Below are positions 10,576 to 23,623 of a stretch of DNA of 64,000 bases, piece by piece; positions within the stretch are counted from its first letter, which is position 1, and every line of letters starts with the position of its first letter. A program made the translations under genes and the position numbers. The DNA comes from Felis catus. Its lineage: Eukaryota. Location: positions 117,740,001-117,804,000 of the forward strand of contig NC_058373.1 in the NCBI RefSeq assembly GCF_018350175.1. The letters run 5' to 3'. The notes beneath the pieces were generated by a model. It had not been told where the DNA came from and made no database searches. It worked only from the letters and a program-made list of their open reading frames with translations.

Positions 10576-13483
10576 CTGACATGTATGATGAATATATCAG
10601 CACATGGGTTAAGCAACAGACAGCATCATTAATACTCTTATTACATTCTTACAATGTTACTCTTAATAGCAAGATCATAAACCATTTCACACCAGGAGGG
10701 ATTAGCTGGGTGTATCACCTGGTGATAGGGATTTAGGGTAACGGGACAAAGCCAGCGTTTCCAGGGAAAAGGATTCCTCCCCCTCCCAGAAAAGCATCAT
10801 CTCTACCAGAATATATACGTCCACAGCTCTGACAGCGACAGATTCAACCGTGGTCTTTCTTTCTCCTCTTCCGTATGCACACATATGCATGCACGCTCGC
10901 TCAACCCCGCCCCAGACAATGAGTTTCCTTGGTGGTTTTTAAGCCTGGTTGGTATTTCTTTGGTGTTTTCGGTTGGTGTTTCTCTTTGAACATTGTGTGT
11001 CCTTCACTTTGACAGTCAGCTTTACAAAGGTATTACTGTCAGATAACCCATTCGAGGTGGTTATTTTTATTTTTATTTTTATTTTATTTTTATTTTTACC
11101 CGCTTCTAATCCCATTGTTTCCGCACCCTTTCAATTCTGCCCTTACACCATGTAGTTCATTTGCCCTGAAAGCACGAAGAAGTTGGAAAGTCTGATAAGT
11201 GGTAGGTAATAAGAAAGTCTCTCATTTTCCTTAACGACTGGAGGAAATTTCTGTGATCTGCACCTGCATCCGTGAGCATGCACATATACAGCTGTGTGCC
11301 CACACGTGCACGCGTGCGAGTAAACACACATACTCCAGCCGCTAAACATGCCCAGGTCTTAGTTACTCCAGAAAGTCCAGAGTTGTCAAATCTGCCTCAG
11401 AGCACTAAAAAAGCAGGAAATAGGGGTTTGTAAAGCCTAATAAAATACAGTACCCTGAAATCTATAAAACTCAGGTTTAAACTTATTCCCCTTGTAAATG
11501 GGCCCCAGGACTGCCCCCAAATGAGGTCACGATGTTTCACTGATGGTGTCAATTTCAGGAATCTCACTTTCTCCCCAGGAAACGGAGGTAGTGGAGTAGA
11601 TGGGAAGGGGAAGAGTTTTTCTGAGCTTCACAGTCTTCCTTGGAAGGACTCCAAGGAGGCCCTAGAGAAGTATTCGCCCACCTGCCTTAACAAGCGTATC
11701 TCATGGGCTAACGCCACCTGTTTACTCCCAAGGTATTGACTATTTCAGGAACATCAGAGTCAGACCTTGACTAAATCATCCACCAAAATTGGCAAATGCA
11801 ATGAGAACACCTAGGCTGGTACCAAATGGCCCCCTGAGTCACATAGCAGACAGATCCTGGGAAGAAAAAGCTGAATAAAGGCTGTGAGGAGAGAGGCTTT
11901 GGACAGACAATACCGGCTGCCCACTTTTGGTCCCCCACGGATCAGATTCAAGTACCCCATCTTTTGTAGGAAAGGAACGGGGAAAATTATAGTAGTTTGC
12001 AGTGAGAATTCTGAAGCCTCCCTCTCTAATGCACCCCAAACGCGTAACAGTCCGTCACATTCTGCCTATCACTCCACCAGGTGACTTTGCTCCTGGCAAT
12101 AGAGAGTCTGTCTGATCATTTGCTTTTAAAAAACACTGAATTGCATTTCGCTTGTTGCGTTTTCTTTAAGTATTTCTAAAACTATTCGTTTTCTTTTGAG
12201 TATTTAAAACCCAGAGTCCAGTGTCATAACAGCCCTCTCTCCTAAGCTGGCAACGGTAGAGTAAAAAGTTCAACATTAGGTATTAGGTTTGGAAAACAAA
12301 TGAACACAGACAGGCCACCCTGTCGGGTCCTTAAGAGTTCCATGAGGGTATGTGCAATGGAAACCATGGTCCTTTTTCAATTACTGAGTTGCTACTCAAG
12401 TCAGTCTGGATCCCTAAACAACCCAAAACCCAAATATAAAAGGTTTGCAAGCAAGCAAGGGAAGAACTGAGTTGTTGCAGTAAACCCAGGTGTGGTCATC
12501 TCAGCACTTCCCTTGGGACTCGGAGCAGGAAAGACCCTGGGGAGGAATATGGAAAGGAGCAATGACTTCTCACCGCTAGCACGAACCACCCAACTGAACT
12601 GTATTTCGCCTACTAGTCAGCAATGGACCAGACTAAAGATGAATCTGCGATCTTTTCTCCTCCCTGCCTTGTGCTTTGGCTCAGCTGGGACATAAAACAA
12701 TATGAAAAATAGGTAGCACCAACCAATCATGACCAGCCAAAAATAATGGTTTGGTTAGAGTTGAAAAACACAACAACTTGAACAAAACTTGAAGACCTGA
12801 ACTCATGTTGAGAATGAAAGGATGAGACCATGGTCTTTTTTGGTCATTTTAGTCTTTGGAGAGGTTAAAGATGAAAATTTCAAAACACGCCAAATCGATT
12901 CCAGATTAGCCCTGGGAATACCTGTCCTTTTGCTCCCGTGATCTATCAGGGTCTCTTTTGTCTATTTTATATGAGAAAATGGGATGAGTGGCCAATGGAG
13001 GTGGTATTTACGCAGCTGCCCGTGAGCCCAGGGGTCTCAGACTCCTGCAATTCAAGATGTGGCTGCTCTCCCTATGGTCATGCTTCCACACTCTTCCAGT
13101 TCGCCCCCGGCATTTCCATAGAACAAACGCATCTACTCGTTATGTGCGCATCATCCGACACAAGGAGGCATGTGGCCCCGTGCCTCTGGGTCTTTCCCGG
13201 ACACTACCTCCCTGCTGTCCACAACACACACAAAGAAACAGCCACCTCGTGGAAAGGCCAGACACAAGCCAAAGACTCCTTTCCCTTTGTGCTCCATCTC
13301 GGGGCATCATTTTGGTTCTTACAACTCAAAGAAGAAAAATATGAAAATGACCTGAAAACTCCTCTCCACTCAAAATCACCACCGTCACTTCTCCACGCGA
13401 GCCTTCAACTCCCACACAAGACAGCAGAGGGGTGCAAGTGGTCCCGGTCTATGGGCACAGATGCAGGTAGGGGCCACACTCAC

Positions 13484-13612
13484 CAGAGCGTCCACAGTCC
13501 GCACAGGATACCAGCTCCTCAGGCCGCCCGCTCTTCTTGTTCATGTTAGAGCCCCCCAAGCAGAAGTCACAGTAGTTGTTGGGAATGACTGTCCCATCCG
13601 GTCCTTTCTGGG
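13484..13612 (-). CDS. DPF3: DPF3 coding exon (exon 8 equivalent), 129 bp, (P)[43 protein letters not shown]-terminal half of PHD1
   Basis: Acceptor ...ttctatag|CC, donor TCTG|gtgagt; phase 1/1; two CxxC pairs. Confidence 0.98.
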
Positions 13613-16600
13613 CTATAGAAACATTAAAAAAAAAAAAAAATCCGATTTTTGACTGCCATGAGCTTCTACTGGCCCCTCTTCTCCCATGGCGTGACAGAAT
13701 CTGCTCCGGAAAGAGTATCAAGTCTAGGATATGAGGCCTTGTTACAACGAAGCGATTAAATTGGGCGAAGTTTTCTTTTTGATCCTCTTCAGTTCAACAG
13801 TTCTAATACCTTGCAAGCCATCCGGGGTTTAGTTTGATTTTTGCAATATTTGCAAAACCCATCTCTGTGTTTTGACAGAAACTACCCTTGCTCCTCTGAT
13901 GGCATTCCCTGGATGAGCAAAGCATCTAGAAGGCCTACTAGTCAAGTAAACTTCTCTCATCACTGAACAATCAGCCCTCAGGGCTTAGGCTCAAACAGCA
14001 GGTAGCAACCATAAACATTGGTGGGATGAGAGGGAGAGAATGGCCAATGCCTAGGCCTTGCCCTTGGGAAAGATGCTCTTATTCAGGAGATATTCCTTCT
14101 GTCCCTGAAAAGAAAAAACAAAGAAGGAAATCTCCTTCCAGGAAGGACAGTGAGGATGCTTCTGGGCACTCTGATGAACATCTTGGCAGGTACACAAGGG
14201 TCCACTCTTACTCGGCCTCATCTCCCTAAAGTCCAGACTCATTGGCATGGAGAAAACTCGGGACTAGTTCATCAGCAGACTTCAAGCACCTAGAAACAGA
14301 ACTGGACACTTAGCCTCGCCTCATGCCAAAGATAGGTTGAATGGTGAGTTAGTGAGCGCGTCTTGAGGCTTAAGATCTTCATAAGCCACCCCTGCTGAAG
14401 GTCCTCATTCAAAGGCAAAGAAAAATCTTAGGACATGATCTTAAAAACAAAGCTTGCGAGAACGGCACCTATTGTCAAGCACTGAAATCATTCTCAGTTC
14501 CTAGGAGATGGCTGAAAAGGCTTGGACAGGTTTCTTTGCATGGAGAGAAATGCCTCCATTCTCCTGGTTTTCGATCCTCGTTGTGGAGATTTTTTTTGTC
14601 ACGTTAACACTCCCTGTTTGCAACTAAGAAGAAAAGTCTGTCTGTTTATGGGATCAGCCTAAACCACAGGGGTATCTTCTTCCTCACTATACCCAATGTC
14701 TGCTGCTATCTTTCATTATTTACTGGCTAACATTAATCAGGGTCCCGTAGGGTACAAATCTGTAAAAGGAAGCAGATATGTGAGCAGAAATACCATCCAG
14801 ACAGTAAGTGATAAACGGATTCACCCACTTTAATATGATTCCCTCTGGCCTTCGCTTCCTCCATGCCTCTGCTTTGCCTCCAGGAATAGAAAAACTTACC
14901 TGGGAAGGCAGAAGACAAAAGCTTGCAGAATCACATTATAGAGAGTTAATCCATTTATCAGTTGCTATTTGGATTGTTTAATCAGTTTCTAAGTCATTGA
15001 TTTTCATCTTTAGGGAGGCAGCCAATTCTCTGCAAAAACGTGTTGGCTGTTGGGGACAGGCAGAGGAGTTGGCCACCCCCGTGGCCTGTTGAGTGTCTTC
15101 ATCAAGGACTGTGTCTTAAAGACATGACATGTCACACAGAACGGTTTTGCAAATAATCTCCAAAAATCTCGCAAAAATGTTACTCTAAAATTTTCACTGT
15201 CCGAGTCCAGAAAGAAGCTCCTTTCTTCTTTCTCTCTTCTTTGCCACGTCCACCATGTTTAGAACTCCCTTAAGAAAATCCAAGCATGTCTATGAAGCAA
15301 ATAAACTCAGGGTTTTCCCATTATAGACTATCCTAAAAATCAATCCAAAAGTGAACAGGAAGAAGTGGGGTATGTGAAATTAAGGGGCTGAGTGTAAACC
15401 AAAGCTAACTTTCGTCATTGATATGAACTAGAAACAAAATGTGGCCATGCCAGTCATAACTCAGGTAGCTTCCCGCATGAAAAGCGATCAAAGAATTCCA
15501 CGTAGATCATCCCACTAAAAGTCTCAGGAACCACATCCTCACCATCTGTCTCTCCTGTACTCTTAAGGACTTTCTATTGTGTCAGATTTCCTCTCTTTTC
15601 ACAAAATCTTAAAGCAACCAAAGAATCTGGTTTTCTCCAACACACTGTATGCCTTGCGATTTAGGAGGATGAAGTAGAACATAGACTATAAGAACTCCCA
15701 GGTAATTCTTTACAATCTTCATCGCCAACAGACCATTGGATGCCCTCATCGAATCAGGAACTCTAATACCGCAAGAATTAAAAATTCAGAAATGATCTAG
15801 TAGAGCAAAGCAGATAGTGATAGAGAAATTGGTCCTGTGTCAAAAAGCCAAAGGAACAGCATTTATCTAATGAAGAGAAGTTTCTGAGAAGACTGGATCA
15901 GAGCAGGATCCCCACGTATATTTGTGTTGGTTGCTGGCCATACAGAGTGCCTGGTCAAGGGGGTGAAGAAGGTGCTAAGACCCCCGTTGTAGGCCCTGCT
16001 GTGTGTAGCTGTGACATGTCAGGGCTGGGGGGGAGGGGAAAGGTATCATTTTAGTCTAGCATTGACCCAGTATACAAAGTGACAGTGAATATTAGGCTTC
16101 ATTTTTGGCAAAAGCCTACTCTCTTCTCATAATAGTGAATTCAGAACTTCCTTTCATCTTGGTATAATGGTGTGGGATAGACTAATCAATAGCTTTTGCC
16201 TCTGGTCCTCTTATAGTTTTTGGTGTTTAGAATTGGTTTCAGGGTGATTTTTCCCATAAAGTTCTCCCAACTCCCCAGCCAAAATGGCCACTCAGGCCTT
16301 GGGAGGGCACTCTGTTGACATCGCTTTTATGACCCTTCTCTTGTTTATACACATGTACTCCGGCCTCATCGACCTGTACTAAACGATCTACTCCTCCAGG
16401 TCGGGCACCATGTCTAACTCATCACCGGAACACCTACATGGCCTGCGTGCAGGAAATGGTTAACCACAATGTGTAGGATGAATGGCTTAGAAAAGGATGG
16501 CAGAGATGTGAGTAGACAGCCCAGTGACACCCCTGGGACATCCTCCTAGTGGGGACAGAGCACTGTGTTTGCTCGCCCTGTGGCAGAGTTATCTGTCGCT

Positions 16601-18527
16601 CGGAATATCATTCACTACATGGTTTATTTCCCAAATCCTCAGAGAGAAGTGCTGGTCCATGTCTAGATGGATTGGTCAGTCATCTGGCCTGGCATCACGT
16701 CTAGCTCCCGGAGTAAACCAGAGTGGGTGGCTGAGGGCCCTGGGCTGCTGGAAGAATAACACTGTAGCCCTACTATGGTAGGAGAAACAGCATCCTGTTC
16801 ACAAACATACAAAAAAAGTAGAAGACTGTGATTCATTGTCTCTTGAGAAGGGGACACCCGGTTGCTACCCACTCAGTCTCCCTCTTGTTCAATGGCTTCT
16901 TGAAAAGAAAAAGAAGCAGACATGCACTACGCTTCAAAACTGTGACAGATCTTATGCTGGATGCTTTACATACATTGTTTCATTGATTCTCACAAAAACT
17001 TTGTGAAGTGGAGATTATTTGACAGATGAGGTAACTGGGACTCAGAGAGATTAAGGGGCTGGCTTCAGGCCCGTTCCAAAGTGCAGGAGGGGAGATTCAC
17101 CCCTGAGCTGTCTATGTCCCCAGAGACTCTCTGCCTCCTGGAAAGTCCAGAGGCAAACACTTCCTGGCCATACCTCGCATATAAAATATTTCATAAATCT
17201 CTTTCGAGTCAACTTGATTCACCCATATGTCAATTAGGAAGCCCAAAGGGACAAAAATTATTGAGATCGGCCTGATAAAAGCAGAAATTCCCTTTGAGCT
17301 TAAATTTGATGTCCCTACCACGGTAATCCACGCTGGGTGATCCTGTTTATTGTCACATACTCTGTGAAAACACTTCTCCAGAGAATTCCAGAAGCTCTGG
17401 AAGGAATTTTTTCAAGTAAAGCTTACACCACAGCTATACTGGCCTATGGCCTGACCCAGCCATGAGCAATTTCCTGGTACCGTGTATGAGATCATTATAA
17501 AAAGGATTTTACTATAAATAGGAAGCTCACCCAGACCTGGTGAGAGGGATTTAAATAGAGATTCTGCTTCTGCCTCTGGGAAATCGAGTCCCACTTTATA
17601 GAATAAGACAACAGGAGGGCAAAGACCCGAGTGGTATCTCGATGGGAACGTCCGTAAAGATGGATTTGGTTTTTCATTGATTAATGTTCACGGGCTGAGA
17701 TCATATAAGAGATACGAGGGAGCTGCCAAGAAAAATAAAGTGAGCCCGAAGAGTTTAGGAATTTACCTGGGGGAGATAACTCTAAAAATCTCAAAGGGGG
17801 AAAAAAATGGAAATCAAGAACAAAGTTCACAAAAATACACACACACACACACAAACAACAGAAGATGGGAGGGAGCATTCCAATCAAACCAAAAGAAAGG
17901 AAAAGCCAAGCCCCAAACAGTCTCCCCGCCACGGCCGGTAAAGGGTGAGCAGTCATTCTGGAAAGGTCTCAGTGTACACTACGGGATTTTTTTTTTCACT
18001 CTGATCAGGCCACGTGTCTATGGCAAACAAGGCCCCGAATCTTCCCTAAAACTCCCACCCACACGGGGCTGTCTTCGCCCCTTTCGGTCTGATTTCTGCT
18101 CTGACGTGCCTGCCCCTCATGAAAAGAAAGCGTGGCGGGGACGGCCTGGCCGCCAGCAACATCCCCTCAGCTGGTTCTACCAAGACCAAAGCTGTGTCCC
18201 AAATGTCCTAGGGAAATAGGAAGCAAGCCAGGAGTTGAGGCTCCTCTGTGGCACATCCACAAAAGCGTGACTTCACATCCTGAGCAGAAGCTCAGCCGGC
18301 CTGCCAGGGCCTGGTGTGCACACGCACGAGGCCGTGCTCTGTGCCCACGACCCAGCTGCAGCCCAGGGACCATGTCTTCCAGGGCCTGCTAGTTGGGTGT
18401 GTGGCCCTTGGGGAGCCTGAGGGGCAGCGAGAAGAGCCCTCCAGGAGGAGCTGTGCCTCGCCCCTCTCACTTGCTCCCCCACCGCCCTCCACGGCTGACA
18501 GTTCCCATCCCTCCGCAGGGCTGACCT

Positions 18528-18541
18528 GTTTCCATGGCAAC
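18528..18541. promoter_or_regulatory. RFX X-box motif GTTTCCATGGCAAC
   Basis: 13/14 match to the palindromic consensus GTTRCCATGGYAAC, in GC-rich sequence with no recognisable repeat. Confidence 0.5.
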
Positions 18542-21081
18542 CGGAATCCTGGGCTCTGGCAGCCTCTGGTCTTGCCACCTGTTATTACTTCATCTCTCAA
18601 GTGTAAAGCATCCTAGCCGGTGCCACTTGGCTGTGCAGAGCGCATCTTCAGAGGACGGAGTAAAGAAAAGGGGAGAGGAAAGAGGGAGAGCGGAAAGGCA
18701 GCCCCAGGCTGGCCACACAGGACACACGGGACAGGCCGGGCTAGGGGAGGAAGGGAAGGCGAGGAGGGAGGGTGTAAGCCAACGTGCCTTCCCTTCAGAA
18801 TCAGCGAGCAGGCCTCAGCTGGAGGCCACCGCCACATCCTGCTACCTTGTACCCAGCCTTTAATGAGGGCCGTGGGAGGGGCAGGGAGCGGGTGGCCGCT
18901 GGGGCAGCTGCACAGAGATCCGCGCGGGCCCACACAGAGCAGAGCAAGGAGAGGGTTAAAGTAGCAAGATAAAGACTGTGGGGAAGGCTGGACCAGAGGG
19001 CAAACAGAGTCTCAAAGCCTGGATAAATGGCCTTAATTCTCATGCTCTTGCTCACCCTACTCCTTACGTGTTTACTCATATAAATTATCCCCAAGGCCTG
19101 ACACCTTTTTTCACTGCTTCCCGGGAACTGATGAAAAAATAAATCCTACAGATCCAAGGAATAAAAATGTTGGGATTCCATTCAGGCCGGTTCTTCTTGG
19201 CTACAAACAGCAACTCGGGCCCCACCCCAGGGCTCCAGAAGGAAGACGAACGATGCCTTCCTCCCTGAACGTGGAAAGGCAAGGGGCCTGGGGAGCCTGG
19301 CAGCGAAACGGACTCCGGGGTCCACTCCCCACACACCCGTTAGGCCACGAGAGTCCTCAACCTCCCTCATGGGCCATTTTGCCACCTAGCACCGAGGACA
19401 AAGTGAATGTACGGTAAGGATTAAGGAGACAGTGCTGCTAATGCAGAGTGATTCCAGGCACTGAGATTAGTCCGCCGGGAGAAATGAAGGCCAAGGGCTG
19501 ATTCAGTGAGTCTCCACGTTTATGGACGGGCCTCAATCGCCACAGTCCATGTTGTTCAGGGCAACACGAGGAAGAATGAGCTGAAATGGCAGTGCGTGCC
19601 GCAAGAAAGCTGGAAGCGAAGCCAGTTGAACAAAGGCGCAGTAGAGGCCTCCACCCGCGGGAAGATTTCCCTGGGCCAGGGGTTGAGTGCATCCCCTTCG
19701 AGAGGCAAGAGAATATACTAGCTGGCATCGTAAGGCCCCTTTTCGGCCTATGATTTGATGATTATGAGAGGGTGAAGGAAGGATCAGAAAAGTGAGGTGT
19801 TCCAAACCAGGGGAGCTCAGCATCTCCTCATGTGCTCTGCTTGTGGCCATGTCTCTCTCCCTGTTCATCGTGAGCTCCCTGAGCGGGGTCTTTAATCGCG
19901 GAGTCCCCAGCACCCAGCACAGCGACTGACCCAGCACTGGCAACAAATACTTAACGAAAGGGATAGACGATCTTCACAGAGGCTTTTTGGACATAGAAAA
20001 AACTCAGGCAGAGGGGAGGCAAAGACGAGGAGTGGAGTGGATGTCAAGTGTCCCCTGAGGACCAAGTGACCATTCTAAGGCACTGCCAGTGTCAGTCCTG
20101 TTCATAACGGGGACAGAAAGAGGGAGCAGTAGAAGTAACAGGCAGGCCCATCAGAGAGTATAATGCTGTGATGGAGAAAGCCACTGGACCCGCCCTCCCT
20201 CGGGAACCCTTTCCTTGAGGCATTTCTTGGAAAACCAGGAAGGAAGGACTTAAGAACTCCCAGACTCCGTTGGTCCCACAGCCCCTTGAACCCCATGTTT
20301 GGTCTCTCACCAGGGGCCCTGCAGCAGCTAGAGAGAAAATAGGCCATCTTACTCTGCGATTGGATGGCTGCAGGATCTTGATCAAAGTTTTAAGTGTGGT
20401 GTCAGTCACCTCACCCTTCCTTGCGCCTACCTTCTTTTCCCCCATCTTTATGGAGTGCAAAACTCAGACCATTAGACACACACCTTGATAATATTTACCC
20501 CTAAACACTGTGCCGTAAAAACAGAAAACATGTCTGCTCACATCTATGTCTCCATCCTGACAGACGTATTTGCTTAGAGTTGCAGTTCGCCAGGAATTTG
20601 GATACCACATCACCCATTCTGGGGCCAGATGGTCACATGACCCATCAGTAACGTCCTTTGTGCTGCAGCCTCCGGCTGGCAACTTTGAGTCTGTCACTGA
20701 TGCTTCGGAAAAGCGAGGAAAAGACCAAGCAAAGCTGATTACTTTTCTCGGTGCTGATTAGGGAAAGCACAAGGAGATATTTCAATTTTTCAGTGGAAGG
20801 TCATATGGGTCAGCTCATGCCCTGGTGTAGCAACTTGTTATTGCCACCAAATGAGTCAGTTGAAGGGAAAAACGTTTAATCTGGGAGTAACTATGTCAAC
20901 AGGGCTCTGAATGAAGTGGTGTCCTTCCCCTCAGAGAATTGCAGGACATCTCGGTGCTTTAGAGCAGGATAAGCCTCGTCCGTTTAAGTTGTCAGGATAT
21001 TATTATTGTGATATTAGAATTCAGCCAGCCCCCTTCCTCTCTTGCTCCAGCCTTGCCTCTCTCCACACCTCTTCCCCACCA

Positions 21082-21095
21082 CCTCCAGGGGGCGC
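21082..21095 (+). promoter_or_regulatory. CTCF core-like motif CCTCCAGGGGGCGC
   Basis: One mismatch to CCACCAGGGGGCGC. Confidence 0.4.
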
Positions 21096-21459
21096 AGGTA
21101 CATGTCAACCCCAGCTGCCCACAGGGGACCAGCATTTTCTAGGTTCTCAAGACTGAAACACAGTACTCAGGGAAAGGAAGAGGATGCGTCTCAAGCGTAA
21201 GACCTGAGGATTACAACCGAGTCAAGAGACTACAGAGCCAAAGAGCAGCCCAGCCCAGGGATGAGGGCCCCGATGGGGGACACACCCAGAAAGCAGGCCA
21301 GGAAGCAGGTGCTGGGAGCCACAGACATGTTTGCCATGGGTAGGCCGGAGCCTTAGGAAAAGAGTGGAAACCAAGTTTATCCTGTGGATTTAATAGTGCA
21401 ACCTGGTTCCTGGCTAGTCATCTGAGTGAATCGACAAGATAAAATAGACTGAACATCAG

Positions 21460-21635
21460 TCTCCAAAAAGTGGATTTCTCTAAGGTAGCGGTTCATCTGG
21501 GAACTTGTTAAAAATGCAAATTCTAGGCCCCTACGCCAGACCCACTGGTTCCAAAATTGTGCGGTAGGATCCAGCAGTCTCTTTTTTAAGGAACAGGTGA
21601 TTCTGACGTGCTCAAGCCTGGGAACCACTGCTCTA
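21460..21635. mobile_element. MER5A-like hAT-Charlie MITE
   Basis: catctgggaacttgttaaaaatgcaaattct..ggtgattctga..gaaccactg. Confidence 0.75.
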
Positions 21636-22328
21636 ACACCACACGTGTGTCACATACATTTTCTGTTAATACTGCACTTCATACGAATTGTCTTATTTAA
21701 TCTTCACATGACCCTAAGAGGTAGATGCATTAATGTTTCATTTTACATCGTGATACTTGGGGCACAAGGAAGCTACGTGGCCTGTCTAAGGTCATGTGTT
21801 AGTAAGTGGCCCCACTGGCTCTGTACCCGGGCAGTGCGGCTCAAGCCCGCCTGCTACTGATCTACGATGGGCTCAAAAACCATACCCCCGTGGGAAGTCA
21901 CGTCAGAGCTTGGCAGGCCCAAGGCCCAGAGGTTGGCAGGCCCTGGAGGGCAAGGAGTCTCAAATTTGAGTGCCGTGCAAACCATTTAGGGAATCTCGGT
22001 AAAATGCAGATTAGGATTCATAGGTCTGGCTTGGAGCCTAAGATTCCATATTTCTTATCAGCTCCCCCACAGGGTAGCCTACAGTCTAGGTTTGCCTGGC
22101 ACGGAGGGGTTCCCAGGGCACAGACTTTCAGTCTAAAAGTGGAAATGTCCTGGGCAAACCTGGATGAGTTGGTCACCTGAGTCCTAGCTGATGTTGAAGC
22201 TGCTGATTGCACTGTGAGAAGCAAAAATGCAGGCCCTCAAGGTGCGATCTGGATCATATTCAAGTGTGATTTAAGTTTTGAGAGTGGAATATGGCATAGT
22301 CTATTTTATACTTTAAAAAGATCACTTT

Positions 22329-22538
22329 GGGGCACCCGGGTGGCTCAGTTGGTTGAGCGTCCGACTTCTGCTCAGGTCATAATCTCACAGTCTGTGGGTT
22401 TGAGCCCCACGTCGGGCTCTGGGCTGACAGCTCAGAGCCTGGAACTGCTTCAGATTCTGTGTCTCCCTCTCTCTCTGTCCCTCCCTTGGTCGCAGTCTGT
22501 CTCTCTCTCAAAAATAAACTTAAGAAAGTTTTTTTTTT
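22329..22538 (+). mobile_element. Can-SINE (first of tandem pair)
   Basis: Head ggggcacccgggtggctcag; flanked by aaagatcacttt. Confidence 0.92.
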
Positions 22539-22551
22539 AAAGATCACTTTT

Positions 22552-22770
22552 GGGGTGCCTGAGTGGCTCAGTCAGTTAAGCGTCCAACTTCGGCTCAGGT
22601 CATGATCTCATGGTTCATGGGTTTGAGCCCCGCGTCAGGCTCTGTGCTGGCAGCTCAGAGCCCGGAGTCTGCTTCCGATTCTGTCTCCCTCTCTCTCCCT
22701 GCCCCTCCCCCCACTTGCACTCTGTCTCTCTCTCTCTCTCCCTTAAAAATAAATAAACATTAAAAAAAAA
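22552..22770 (+). mobile_element. Can-SINE (second of tandem pair)
   Basis: Head ggggtgcctgagtggctcag; A-tail; flanked by aaagatcacttt. Confidence 0.92.
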
Positions 22771-23017
22771 AGATCACTTTGGCCACTCCATAGAGAATAG
22801 ACTCTAAGAGGTAAAAACAGGCTGAGAGGCCAATAAAGAAGGTGCAGTGATCCAAGAAGGAGTTGGTGGAGGCCAGGAGATGGAGAAAGGAAGACAGATG
22901 TGGAATACCTTTTGGAGGGGGAGCTGATACAGTTGTGAAGGAAAACAAAGCCAAGGATGAATCCTAGGATTTCTACCTTAGGCACAGCATTAGTTTTTTT
23001 AAAGAACGACGTCAGAA

Positions 23018-23065
23018 AGAGATAGATAGATAGATAGATAGATAGAGATAGATAGAGATAGATAG
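23018..23065. repeat. (GATA)n microsatellite
   Basis: Direct inspection. Confidence 0.9.
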
Positions 23066-23253
23066 GAGAGCTAGAAAAGAGCATGAGACACAAATGAGAG
23101 AAAGATGCAAGAAAATTACTGAACTAAGTGATGTATGATTTTTTTTCTAGAGTAAGACTCATTTATGAAATAAAATCGCAAGCAGAGTTTGTAATGGGGG
23201 GTTCCTATAATACTACAAACAGCTAAAGTTAGTGTTAAAGATTAAATGTGCCT

Positions 23254-23623
23254 ATTAGGGACTGAATTGTGTCTCCCCCCCCAAATGCATATGTTGAAAC
23301 CCTAACCTCAACATGATGGTATTTGGAGGTTGGGCCTTGGGGAGGTGATTAGGTTTAGATGAGGTCATGAGGATAGTGGGATTAGCGGCCTTATAAGAAG
23401 AGATACTAGAGAGCTTGCCTCTCTCTCCCGACATGTATCAAGGAAAAGCCATGTAAGGACACAGTAAGAAGATGTCTATCTCCAACCCAAGAGGAGAGTC
23501 CTCACCCAACACTGACACTGCCAGCACTTTTATATTGGATTTCCAGTCTTCAAGACTATGAGAAGTAAATCCCTATTGTTGAAGCCACCTATGGTATTTC
23601 GTTAGGCAGTCTAAGATGAGTAC
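23254..23623 (+). mobile_element. MaLR solo LTR (MLT1A/B-like)
   Basis: actgaattgtgtc..atatgttgaa..ccctaacc start; aagccacctatggtatttcgtt end. Confidence 0.8.

Noticed and set aside
12938..13549. 203-aa + strand ORF overlapping the PHD1 exon antisense
   Set aside because: Non-ATG start, no recognisable family; expected by chance in GC-rich sequence
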